Virus record (IMG/VR): IMGVR_UViG_3300037313_000809
Location: 1 to 61,453 of that record
Strand: one strand, 5' to 3'
Origin: a virus
Taxonomy: Duplodnaviria; Caudoviricetes
DNA: 61,453 nucleotides
Position 1 is the first letter of the stretch, and each line of letters starts with the position of its first letter. The notes beneath the pieces are model-generated. The model had not been told where the DNA came from. It did no database searches and worked only from the letters and a program-made list of their open reading frames with translations. Below are positions 1 through 8,753 of the stretch, one piece after another. Made by a program: the position numbers and the translations under genes.

Positions 1-591
1 GAAGAATCGCCGCACCCGCTGGTCTGCGATCTCAAGGCTGTACTCGTTCCGGTGCGCCACCTTGATCGGCTCGACCGGCTCTTCGACGTGCCAGTCGGAG
101 GCCATCGCGACAGCGGTCATCTCGCGCAGGCCGGATGTCCGCTCACTGCGGATGATCTTCGGCGTCGCGGTTGCCGCGTGTAACTGGCCCATGAAGGCGT
201 TCCGCTCGCGTTCCTCTGCCAGCATCTCAACGAGGCGTGAGTGCTCTGCCTTGAGGCGAGCGTGCGCCCTGTTCTCACGGTGCTCTTCGACTGGGTCGCG
301 CGGCTCGCTTGCTGTGATGCGCGGCGGGTACGGCTTCGCATCGTTCGCCGCAATCGTCGCGTTCGTGGTCTCGCGCACTCGCTCGTAGGCGGTGCCGAGG
401 CGCGTAGTAGGCGTCTCGCCCTTCGCAGCAGCGACCGCCGCGTCCCACGTGCCGAAGATATTGCAGATCGTGCGCGGGCTCGGATCGCTCCCCTTCCGCT
501 CCCTTCCGTACCCTCTATTACTCCACTCGCCGCATTCGCTCGCGACACGGCGGAGTGAGGTAATGCAGTCGTCGCGGGTGAATTTCGGCAT
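1..591 (-). CDS. 5' part of a calcineurin-like metallophosphoesterase with an N-terminal HNH-associated-repeat-like segment; runs off the window start
   Basis: ATG at 591, open to base 1: MPKFTRDDCITSL...PSPRTICNIFGTWDAAVAAA...AMASDWHVEE...RVRRFF. DxH motif I is present; the other motifs lie at 60789-61453. Confidence 0.75.
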   Translation of the reverse strand, partial: MPKFTRDDCITSLRRVASECGEWSNRGYGRERKGSDPSPRTICNIFGTWDAAVAAAKGETPTTRLGTAYERVRETTNATIAANDAKPYPPRITASEPRDPVEEHRENRAHARLKAEHSRLVEMLAEERERNAFMGQLHAATATPKIIRSERTSGLREMTAVAMASDWHVEEPVEPIKVAHRNEYSLEIADQRVRRFF

Positions 592-822
592 GCGATGTCC
601 TTGTTTGGCGAATGGAACCGACCGGAATACCGTCGTATTCGGAATCGGCCGGAGGGGGGTTGATAATCTGCACCGCGACTGGTGCGCGCAGGGCTGATCA
701 GTCGGTGTCCCCACGCACATGGGGGTTGCGGTGATGCCTCTCTCGCCTTTGGGCGAGGGTCGGCGCGGGTCCTCTTGCGAGAGGGTCCACGCGGACTGAG
801 CAAGGTCCGAAAGGAGACGACG

Positions 823-1086
823 ATGAAGCGCGCTTCCCCCGCATACTCGGGGATTCGCAAGACAGAGGGACGCGTAAGCGACGAGGCCAAGCGGCTCGTC
901 GCTCTGCGCCTTGTATCGCCTACGAAGTGGCGCGCTGAAGTGCGACGGGCGCTATCCGCTGTCGGCAGCACAACGCTCGCAGCGGAACGGCTTGGCGTTA
1001 GCAGGCGACTGCTCGCCACGTGGGTCAGTGATGGCGTTGCCGATGGGCTCAGTCTGCGTGGACGAGGGAGGCCGAAGAACGAATGA
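823..1086 (+). CDS. Small HTH DNA-binding protein with C-terminal AT-hook-like RGRGRPK
   Basis: AAGGAG RBS; AAERLGVSRRLLATW helix-turn-helix pattern. Confidence 0.65.
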   Translation: MKRASPAYSGIRKTEGRVSDEAKRLVALRLVSPTKWRAEVRRALSAVGSTTLAAERLGVSRRLLATWVSDGVADGLSLRGRGRPKNE

Positions 1087-1691
1087 GCACACTTTACGTA
1101 CTGGCCAGCCGAACCCACGCGAAGATCGGCCTCAGCTCACGTGCGGATGTCCTACTGCGCGTGCGCGATGTGCAGGCGGATCATCGGCGGCGCGCTGGCG
1201 CACTGCGTCTCGTGGCGACAGTCGATGCATCCGTCCTGATCGAACGACACATCCACTGGATGCTCAACTCGGCTGCGGTTAAGAGCGACCGTGCGACACC
1301 TGGGAGTCGTTCTGAGTTGTTCCGGCTCACCGGCTCAGTAAGGAGATGCATCGCCTTCATCTCAGCGCACACGCCTTTCCGTAGGCTCCGCGCGACGCCG
1401 ATTCGGGTTCATGTGCTCGGCGGCGATCACGAGCCGACAGCGCCCGAATTTGTCGTCGATGCGGTGCCGCCAGACGTCACCATGAAAGACGTCTACCAAG
1501 CAGCGCGGGTGCCGTCGCATGTCCTAGCCGCATTCATGGACAGCAAACAGGTATCGGCTGAATACGCGCGTCGGATCGTTCAGGCGGCGGCGAGTCTCCA
1601 TCGTACGGAGCGACCACTCGCTGCACGTCGCTGCATTGAACAAGTCAGCTGCGCCGACCAGGCGCGCTGGAGGCCGAAGACGACGGAGTAG
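1083..1691 (+). CDS. GIY-YIG-like / T5orf172-domain protein
   Basis: LYVL...KIGLS...LIERHIH...SELFRL pattern; ATGA overlap with the upstream gene. Confidence 0.6.
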   Translation: MSTLYVLASRTHAKIGLSSRADVLLRVRDVQADHRRRAGALRLVATVDASVLIERHIHWMLNSAAVKSDRATPGSRSELFRLTGSVRRCIAFISAHTPFRRLRATPIRVHVLGGDHEPTAPEFVVDAVPPDVTMKDVYQAARVPSHVLAAFMDSKQVSAEYARRIVQAAASLHRTERPLAARRCIEQVSCADQARWRPKTTE

Positions 1692-1807
1692 TCAATCGTC
1701 GCCGCAATACGTGCTCGTGGTCTGCGTTGCGGAGGGAGGCGAGGCACAGGCCGAGGTGGCGGAGGAGTATGCGGTTGAGGAAGGCGGAGATGTGGTGGGC
1801 GATCACG

Positions 1808-2650
1808 TCAGATCACCGCCTTCTCGTGCAGCTCGCGCCAGACGCGCATGAAGGCGTCGTCGGGCCACGGCTCGCACCACACGAAGAGCGGTTCCGTGGT
1901 GGACCGCTTCAGCGCCGTCGCGAGTTCATCGGGGATGTCGCTCCACGCATATCCCTGAAGCGTCCCCCACACGGGCCGCTTGTGCCCCGTCCGTGCCAGC
2001 CGCGCATTCAGCTTGTCCCACGCGGCACCGCACTTCGGCGCCATCTTCGCGACGCGGTCACGTCCGTACTGGCGAGAGAAGTCGTTCCAATACCATTGCG
2101 GTGCTCTTGCATCGACGCAGTCGGCGAACTCCTCCCACGGCCACTTGGACCAGTGGACCGTCGGTAGCATCCACGGTTGGTCGCATACGATCTTGTGCGG
2201 GACCGCGTTGCGGTGCGACAGGAAGGTCGATGCGAACGCCCTCGCATGCGCCTTGTCGTCACCGTCCGCGGTGTCTTCGAATGCGCCCTCAGCGTCGAGT
2301 AGAACTCCGTCGCAGTGGTCAGACTCCAGCACTCGCCCGATGCGCTCGCCTTTGCCGGCCGGGTCACTGGAGTCCATCCCGAACGCGGCAAGGCTTCGCA
2401 TTCCGTTGTCGCGACAGATGCCGGTGAGATCGCGAAGAGCATCCGCCGTTAGCTCCGTCGAAAAGCCGTGGTGCGCGATGCCCTTTGCGCCGAGGCTTGC
2501 GAACTCGCGCACCTTCGCCGTGTAGAGTGCGAGGCGCTGCGTGCGTGTGCTGCCCGGAACCTTGCCGCGAAAGACTTGGATGTAGATTCCGGCAGGAAGC
2601 TTACGAAGCGCAGTTGTATCGGCGTCGTTCGTGGTTACTGAGTCGCCCAT
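1808..2650 (-). CDS. Putative endolysin (TIM-barrel glycoside hydrolase-like)
   Basis: DGVLLDAEG acidic DxE motif, APQWYW; last gene of the late operon after small membrane proteins. Confidence 0.55.
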   Translation of the reverse strand: MGDSVTTNDADTTALRKLPAGIYIQVFRGKVPGSTRTQRLALYTAKVREFASLGAKGIAHHGFSTELTADALRDLTGICRDNGMRSLAAFGMDSSDPAGKGERIGRVLESDHCDGVLLDAEGAFEDTADGDDKAHARAFASTFLSHRNAVPHKIVCDQPWMLPTVHWSKWPWEEFADCVDARAPQWYWNDFSRQYGRDRVAKMAPKCGAAWDKLNARLARTGHKRPVWGTLQGYAWSDIPDELATALKRSTTEPLFVWCEPWPDDAFMRVWRELHEKAVI

Positions 2651-3226
2651 GGATCTACACACTCGGTTTTGGTCGAAGGTTGATAAGAGCCGCGGAGAGC
2701 ACGGCTGTTGGCTCTGGACCGCGAAGGGCAAAGGTCAGCGTTATGGAGGCTTCTGGATGAACGGAGCCACGAGGCTCGCTCACCGCGTCGCCTATGAACT
2801 GACCAACGGTTCAATCGATGGAGACGTTGTGATGCACACGTGTGACACGCCGCTATGCGTCAACCCGAAGCACCTGCGTGTCGGAACTGTGTCCGACAAC
2901 ACACGCGACAAGTTTGCGAAGGGCCGCGGCGCGCAGCACTACCAATCAAGCTCGGAAGGTGAACGATTCGGACGGTGGACAGTTCTGACGTTCGTCGACT
3001 TTCACCATCGCAACGGAGAGCGATGGCGAGCACGATGCGAGTGCGGGAAGATCAAGGCTGTCTGGCTAGCGAATCTGCGTGCTGGCAGATCAAAATCGTG
3101 TGGCTGCTACCGCACAGAGCATGCTCGTGACGCGTGCGTACAACTCGGAAGGCCAGATCAGCGACCGCGCCGCCGCGCTGCTTAGATCCCGGCCGGGAGC
3201 TTCACCAGCGCAGCGCTATCGGCGTC
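2583..3226. repeat. 44-bp imperfect direct repeats (2583-2626 and 3183-3226) flanking the HNH gene
   Basis: 34/44 identical, exactly 600 bp apart; encode DADTTALRKLPAGIY and DADSAALVKLPAGI-stop on the minus strand. Confidence 0.9.
2649..3185 (+). CDS. HNH homing endonuclease, antisense to the late operon
   Basis: RFWSKV...CWLWT...AHRVAY...VMHTCDTPLCVNPKHL...N; C-terminal GERFGRWTV...CECG...SCGC module. Confidence 0.9.
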   Translation: MDLHTRFWSKVDKSRGEHGCWLWTAKGKGQRYGGFWMNGATRLAHRVAYELTNGSIDGDVVMHTCDTPLCVNPKHLRVGTVSDNTRDKFAKGRGAQHYQSSSEGERFGRWTVLTFVDFHHRNGERWRARCECGKIKAVWLANLRAGRSKSCGCYRTEHARDACVQLGRPDQRPRRRAA

Positions 3227-3229
3227 CAC
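3182..3229 (-). pseudogene. Orphaned original 5' end of the putative endolysin (15-codon stub)
   Basis: GTG overlapping the upstream TAG; VDADSAALVKLPAGI then TAA; matches the endolysin N-terminus. Confidence 0.75.
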
Positions 3230-3414
3230 TACTGCGCCCCGCCTTTGCGGGCGGCGAGCATCGCGCGCTCCGTTGCTGACTGCGGAGGGCACACGTCGGC
3301 GACTTTCTCGTCGCGGAGCACATCGCGTGGATCGTTCCCCGCCATCGCGTGGTCGATCATCTTCGCCGCGATCGGGGCGAGCAGTTCGAATACGAGCTTC
3401 GCGATCTCAATCAT
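3229..3414 (-). CDS. Small hypothetical protein (lysis region)
   Basis: MIEIAKLVFELLAP...; overlaps flanking genes. Confidence 0.6.
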   Translation of the reverse strand: MIEIAKLVFELLAPIAAKMIDHAMAGNDPRDVLRDEKVADVCPPQSATERAMLAARKGGAQ

Positions 3415-4075
3415 GGGATGCGTCTCCAGCGGTGCACTGATGGGCGAGGCTGTTGGCGATGGATGCGAGCGTGCGCGCGGCTGACTCGACTTCGGCGGGC
3501 ACCGCGACGTGGAGCGATGCGAGCAGGGCGAACACTGCGTCGAGGTCCCCACGCGCACCGCGCAGCGCCTCGCGTGCGGCGCATGCAGACGGCGCGTCTC
3601 CGATTCGCCGCCACTCGGATGCGGCGCGCTCGGCAACGATGAGCGAGGCTCGCAGACCATCGTACGCATCGACGAAGCGCTGACAGTCCGGCGCGGGTGA
3701 GGCGACGCCACAGTGAGGGGCGACGAGGTTATCGGCGAGTGCGAGTCCGTGCGCGGTGGAGTGGATTGCGACGAGGGTGTCTTCGGCAGGGCTGTAGGGA
3801 CGCGATGCGCACGCCACCAACATCAGCGTGAGCACGCCGAGGAGTCCCGGCTTCCACGCGCGCAGGATCGCAGTGGCGGCCTTCACGAGATCGGGCGAGA
3901 GATGCGCGACGCCCTCGGCGACGGCAGCGAGCTTCGGGTATCGATGCTTGATCGCGTCGCCGTGCTTAGCTGCGACCGCGCGACCGAGCGCTACAAACGC
4001 GGCGAGGGTTGCGGGGATCGCGCGCGGGTGCGCGTCGATGAATGCGAGTACGGTTGCGAGCATGTACGTGTTCAC
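3407..4075 (-). CDS. Membrane protein with an internal lipobox-like motif (possible holin/spanin-type lysis protein)
   Basis: Hydrophobic N-terminal segments; LLGVLTLMLVAC; start may be ATG 4063. Confidence 0.5.
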   Translation of the reverse strand: MNTYMLATVLAFIDAHPRAIPATLAAFVALGRAVAAKHGDAIKHRYPKLAAVAEGVAHLSPDLVKAATAILRAWKPGLLGVLTLMLVACASRPYSPAEDTLVAIHSTAHGLALADNLVAPHCGVASPAPDCQRFVDAYDGLRASLIVAERAASEWRRIGDAPSACAAREALRGARGDLDAVFALLASLHVAVPAEVESAARTLASIANSLAHQCTAGDASHD

Positions 4076-4350
4076 CTGTGGGCGAAGAGTCTTCGCGGCC
4101 TTTCTTGAGACGTGAGCCGACGAACTCGTAAGCGCCGCTTACGTGTTGCTCGTCGGAGTCGAGTTGACGCGCGGGAGGCAGTGAGGAGCGGAGTCACGCT
4201 CGTGCGCCTTGCCGCGCGTCGGTGGGGAATCCGTTGTGAACTGAACCGTCGGTTGAGTTCAGTGCGAGCGCGGGCCGTAGAGCCACCACGCAAGGCTGAT
4301 GCACGCGATAGCCGTGAATGCGACCTTCGCGGCGACGGTGAGCACTCGCT

Positions 4351-4641
4351 TCATCGCGGCACGTCGACCGTTGCGCCGCACGCGCGACACGCGACGAAGG
4401 CGGGGACGGTTGCGAGTGCGTGACGCGCTCCGAAGCTCATGCCGGTCCGCTGCGACTCGGTGCACGCGTTGAGCATGTGCCCGCGGTTGCTCTTGGAGAT
4501 GCGGTCGATCGCAGGCGCGTCGATGCCGAGCAAGCTCAGCTCGCGCCGCAGCTCGTTGTAGGCCGCTTCCATCTCGCGAAGTGCGGAGGCCGGGATGTCC
4601 GAGGAGCTACGGCGGATCGGCGGTATCGTCTCACCGCTCAC
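4351..4641 (-). CDS. Hypothetical protein with C-terminal CxxC
   Basis: Coupled GTGA/ATGA overlaps; ACRACG. Confidence 0.5.
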   Translation of the reverse strand: MSGETIPPIRRSSSDIPASALREMEAAYNELRRELSLLGIDAPAIDRISKSNRGHMLNACTESQRTGMSFGARHALATVPAFVACRACGATVDVPR

Positions 4642-4868
4642 AGCTTCACCACGGGTCGCGCTCTGCTCGGCGGCGGAGGCACTGGCGCATCGGCCAGCTT
4701 CAACCCGCACGTCTCACAGTGCACGAGCACGTCGTGTCGGGTGACGTGAAGGCCGGACCATCGACGCCGCACGTTGGCGAGGACATCGATGCTCGTTGGC
4801 AATGTCTGCCCCTCTTCCATCGCGCGCAGGTACGCGGCGCGGTAGCCGTCGTTGAGTGCGTCGATCAC
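4638..4868 (-). CDS. Hypothetical protein
   Basis: Coupled overlap; CETCG motif. Confidence 0.55.
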   Translation of the reverse strand: MIDALNDGYRAAYLRAMEEGQTLPTSIDVLANVRRRWSGLHVTRHDVLVHCETCGLKLADAPVPPPPSRARPVVKL

Positions 4869-5119
4869 TTCACAGCTCGTAGCCGCTCGGTGACTTCGAC
4901 ACGCGCTTTGATCCCGGCAACGTCAGCTTTCACGTCCGATAAATCAGACACCACCCCGTCCACTTTCGTTGCCATTGCCTTGTTCGACTCGGCGGATTCC
5001 CGTCGATGTTCTTTCAGGTCCTCGCGGGTCTGCTTCGACTGCGAGCGGATGTCAGCGAACATGACGACGATGGCAGCCAATGCGGCGATCACCGGCCACC
5101 AGTGGAGGAGAGCTTCCAT
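4865..5119 (-). CDS. Holin-like/hemolysin-like protein (N-terminal TM helix plus coiled coil)
   Basis: WWPVIAALAAIVVMF followed by a heptad-rich helix. Confidence 0.5.
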   Translation of the reverse strand: MEALLHWWPVIAALAAIVVMFADIRSQSKQTREDLKEHRRESAESNKAMATKVDGVVSDLSDVKADVAGIKARVEVTERLRAVK

Positions 5120-5200
5120 GCGATACGAACCTTCATGCTGCACACCGTGTCGCCGTGCGGGATGGGTGCGGGAGAGAAGAGGCGGTGTTATGGAATGGGC

Positions 5201-5410
5201 ATGACAGCAGAGCAGTTGATCGAATCGCTCCAGCGACTGGACCCGAAGACACGCGTGCTCATCGAAGTGACCAGCGTTGGAGAGTTGTTCGTTGTGAACC
5301 CGCGCGTGCGCAATGTGAGCGAGTACGACAACGTGGTCGCACGATCTGTGAAGGACTCGCCTGCTATCGTTCTCGCTCGCGCCGGGGATTACGTGGCGGA
5401 GAGGGCTTGA
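5201..5410 (+). CDS. Small hypothetical protein, counter-oriented
   Basis: MTAEQLIESLQRLDPKTRVLI phage-typical N-terminus; fills the intergenic gap. Confidence 0.6.
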   Translation: MTAEQLIESLQRLDPKTRVLIEVTSVGELFVVNPRVRNVSEYDNVVARSVKDSPAIVLARAGDYVAERA

Positions 5411-5420
5411 TAGCGGTACG

Positions 5421-6389
5421 TCAGCCTACTGCGGCGACGATCAACGGCGTCGCGGTCGCATGCATCGCCTCGTTGCCGTGGACGTCGTCAGGGAACATTG
5501 TGAGGTCCGGCCAGCTGCCACCACGCGGGACGATCGTTCGTCCATTCGGCGCCGCCGTGAAGATGGACGCGACAGACGCATCCAGTGACGACGTGTCCGA
5601 CCCCGACACGAACGACTGCATCCCGATCTTTTCGATGTCGGGTCGAAGCCCTGCGACGTACGACGCGAGTTGCGTCGCGAAGTTCGCGTTGCCGCGGTCG
5701 TTGTAGATTAGGTTGTAGAGAACGATGTTCCGAGTCGTCCCATCGCACAGCGCGTTCGTCTGCGCTGCGAGCGGGGCCATTGAATTGCCGCCTGCGACGT
5801 ACTCGGCGTTCAGCGAGTCGCCGCCATACCCCACGTTCGCAACGCGACCTGCGAACGTGTCTCGGAGCAGCCCGGCGATGCTGAGGCGACGCGAGTCGCC
5901 GAACGTTACGCCGTCGTTCGTGACCGCGAGCGTGCGGGACTCGGTGACCAACACGAGGCGGACTGCGGGGGCCGAAGGCGTGATCGCCGCGTACGTGTGC
6001 CCATCGGGCACATTCACGAGTCGAACGCTCGCGATCAAACCAGCGTTGTTCGCGGAGTCGAAAACCTCGACGAGCTGTTGCGTGCCTGGAAACGGAAGCG
6101 TCACCGTCGCTGTTGTGACCGTATTCGCCGTGCATGCGATCGACTGAACGAACACGCCATTCACGTAGACATCAACGACGCCGATCCCGGGATACGTGGT
6201 CTGCGTCGACCACGCTTTGACGGTGATCGAGTCTGCGGTGGTGTAGATCCGCTTTGAGCTAAGCGAGTTGCGTAGGCGGTAGTTACCCCCCACCAGCGTG
6301 CTCGTATACGTGTCCCAAGCGCAAAGGTCTGACCCGAGCCCATCGAGGTACTGTGACGTGTACGCGTCGACCCAGCCCGGACGACTCAT
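5421..6389 (-). CDS. SGNH/GDSL esterase-domain virion protein
   Basis: Blocks VTES, GYGG, NLIYND, DDVH; beta-rich N-terminal domain. Confidence 0.65.
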   Translation of the reverse strand: MSRPGWVDAYTSQYLDGLGSDLCAWDTYTSTLVGGNYRLRNSLSSKRIYTTADSITVKAWSTQTTYPGIGVVDVYVNGVFVQSIACTANTVTTATVTLPFPGTQQLVEVFDSANNAGLIASVRLVNVPDGHTYAAITPSAPAVRLVLVTESRTLAVTNDGVTFGDSRRLSIAGLLRDTFAGRVANVGYGGDSLNAEYVAGGNSMAPLAAQTNALCDGTTRNIVLYNLIYNDRGNANFATQLASYVAGLRPDIEKIGMQSFVSGSDTSSLDASVASIFTAAPNGRTIVPRGGSWPDLTMFPDDVHGNEAMHATATPLIVAAVG

Positions 6390-7564
6390 CGATACGCCTT
6401 CACGTACTGGACGATCGAAGACAGCACGCCTGCGGTGCTGTTGTTCAGGAGGTAGGTCGTTCCGCTCGGGACGTTCGCCAACACGCTACCCGTGCCGACA
6501 TCGGTAACCGTCCCGTTCACGCTCGCCCACGCGTGCGTAGTGAGACCGCCGCCACACTCGACGTAGATCTTCACAGTGTCGAGTGCGCTGTAGGCCGGCA
6601 CGGCAACGCCCAGCGTATCGGTCACGCCGTTGAGCGTGACCGCGATCTTGCGCGTGCTCTGAACGATCTTCGCGTTGTTGCTCGCGTCCTTCCACCAAAG
6701 AAACTGGTCGGCTCCGTACTGCGACGACGCGCCAAGCGGGAGTAGGCTGAATTCAATCTTGAGCGCGCCCGATACTCTCAGGTCCGTCGTCGTGCTCGCG
6801 AGGTCGGCGGCACGGATCGCAGTCCCTCCGCTCGTCGCGATGTGCGAGGTCGCGAACGAGGCAAGCTCCAGCTGGAGCAGCCGGTAGACGTTGTCCATGT
6901 TGCCAGGATTGCCGCCACCGGATGCCGTCCAGTCGTGTCCGCTGTGGACTGCGAACTGACACGATGCGGATGCGTGCGATCCGGATTGTGTGATTGCGTG
7001 ATGCGACCACGACCCATCGATGTTGTGCATCGACGCAACGACGTTGGTGCCGTCGTAGAGGTACCCCTGTCCCTTGCCCGCACTACCGCCTGTCGTGCGG
7101 CTCCACCACGACGCAACTACGGCACCCGCACCGAACGTCCCTTGTGCGAAGGCCCCGGCCTGGTCCCCGATGTTCGCCACTCGCGATGCGAGCGATTGCG
7201 AGTCGGGTCCAGACGGCGTGAGCGGTCGCGTCGTTGTCGCCGTGCCTGCGCTCCACGACCCCGCCGTTAGGTTGTCGGAGTCGCCAACGAGATTGGTGCG
7301 TGACTCTTCCAGCAGCAGACCCGTGTGCGTGCCGTCGCTGAAGATGCGGCCGGTGTTCGTGCCGATGCCCGACGTGACGGTGGACGCGGATGTCTGCACC
7401 GTCGCGTTGGACGACGAGCGTGCGACGGCGATGTCGAGCGTTGTGGCGGAACCTGCACCGGGCGTGAAGCCAGTGAAGTCGGCAGCGAAGACCGTGGCAT
7501 TCGCCACTCCCCCATGCCCCCTGCTCCGATCCCGTGCGCCGTGCGTGCGGCCGAATGCGGTCAC
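6386..7564 (-). CDS. Fibre/spike protein with carbohydrate-binding-like domains
   Basis: GLLLEESRTNL motif; G/S/T-rich beta composition. Confidence 0.65.
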   Translation of the reverse strand: MTAFGRTHGARDRSRGHGGVANATVFAADFTGFTPGAGSATTLDIAVARSSSNATVQTSASTVTSGIGTNTGRIFSDGTHTGLLLEESRTNLVGDSDNLTAGSWSAGTATTTRPLTPSGPDSQSLASRVANIGDQAGAFAQGTFGAGAVVASWWSRTTGGSAGKGQGYLYDGTNVVASMHNIDGSWSHHAITQSGSHASASCQFAVHSGHDWTASGGGNPGNMDNVYRLLQLELASFATSHIATSGGTAIRAADLASTTTDLRVSGALKIEFSLLPLGASSQYGADQFLWWKDASNNAKIVQSTRKIAVTLNGVTDTLGVAVPAYSALDTVKIYVECGGGLTTHAWASVNGTVTDVGTGSVLANVPSGTTYLLNNSTAGVLSSIVQYVKAYR

Positions 7565-7619
7565 GAAGACATGGAGACGCGGCTTTCGTAGCTACGGGTG
7601 GTCATTATCGATGTCCTCA

Positions 7620-8753
7620 TCAGGCCGAACGGAAATGCAGCTGGCTCACGTAGACCGTGCCGGCACTGTTGTTCCAGAGAGAGAGCTGCACTCGCGCGTG
7701 CTGGTTGAATCCGCCAGACGTCGATGAGCACGGGATCGGAACTGCGAGAGCTGCCCCAACTGAATCAACCGTCGTGCTCGTCCACGCGCCGCTCGAGTTC
7801 GCGAGCTTGAAGTCGTAGTTAGTCGTCGCGCCGCCGATCGGTGTGACCGCAACGCGAATCCACACCTGCTGCGTCGTCGAAGTGCGGTAGCGCACCTTCA
7901 GATTGAACGTCTCGGCAACGCTCGTCCCGTAGAGCGCTCGCCCACGCAGTTCGAAGGTGGGGTTTGCCGTGTAGCCAAACGGCCATGCCGTCGCCGCTGT
8001 CGCCGTGGTCTGCCATGCGTTCGTCGTGTCTTCTGGCCGGCAGATCTGGAACTGTCGGTAGTGCTGGTCCCGCGCATAGAGGAGCTGCTGAATGAGACGG
8101 CGGTAGCCGATGCTCTGGCTCGTCTCGTGCCCGTCAACAATGCGGTTGCGGTCGGTCGCGATGAGCCATCCGCCAGACGCGCCCATCTCCGTTGTCGGCG
8201 CGGTGTCGGGCGTGGTGTCGCTCAGCGGCACTTCGGTGATGTTGATCGCGTAGAGGCCGCGGGAGATGCCGGCTGTGCCGCTCGCGTCGGCAATATCGAT
8301 CATGAGTTCGTACGTGGAGCCGTTCGTGAGCTGGCTCACGTCGAGGTGATTCGTCGTCTGCGACGAGTCGGAGAATACCGTGGTGTCGGCAGTTACTCCG
8401 GCGCTCGCGCCGTTCAGCACCAGCGATGTACTCGATTCGATCCAGCTCACGGTTCCGCTGCACGTGACCGTGACGGTCATCGCGGGGCGTGTTCCGCTGG
8501 CGGCAACGTTCGCCTCGATCGTGATCTTGAGCGCCTTGATACCTGGCGACTTCGTGTACGCGACGTACCACTTGTGCGAGCCACTAGAGATCGAAGGCAG
8601 CCCACCCGCGTTGAAGATCGGATGCGCGATGCCGCTGTTCAGGAACAGGAGGTCGTTGTTGAGTCGCTGCGGTCCAGTCGCTGATACCGGTGCGTTAACG
8701 ACCAGCCTGCTCACACTCGGCGTCTGCTCGTTCTGTGGAACGGGCGTCGTCAT
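7620..8753 (-). CDS. Tail/baseplate-associated structural protein
   Basis: Thr/Ser-rich beta protein in the tail operon. Confidence 0.55.
   Translation of the reverse strand: MTTPVPQNEQTPSVSRLVVNAPVSATGPQRLNNDLLFLNSGIAHPIFNAGGLPSISSGSHKWYVAYTKSPGIKALKITIEANVAASGTRPAMTVTVTCSGTVSWIESSTSLVLNGASAGVTADTTVFSDSSQTTNHLDVSQLTNGSTYELMIDIADASGTAGISRGLYAINITEVPLSDTTPDTAPTTEMGASGGWLIATDRNRIVDGHETSQSIGYRRLIQQLLYARDQHYRQFQICRPEDTTNAWQTTATAATAWPFGYTANPTFELRGRALYGTSVAETFNLKVRYRTSTTQQVWIRVAVTPIGGATTNYDFKLANSSGAWTSTTVDSVGAALAVPIPCSSTSGGFNQHARVQLSLWNNSAGTVYVSQLHFRSA

Noticed and set aside
117-1118. 333-aa minus-strand ORF
   Set aside because: Out-of-frame overlap of the phosphoesterase 5' part and antisense to the HTH gene.
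2627-3182. Group I intron interrupting the lysin
   Set aside because: The insert is almost entirely an antisense ORF with no room for a ribozyme core, and the duplicated 5' end makes splicing unnecessary; not formally excluded.
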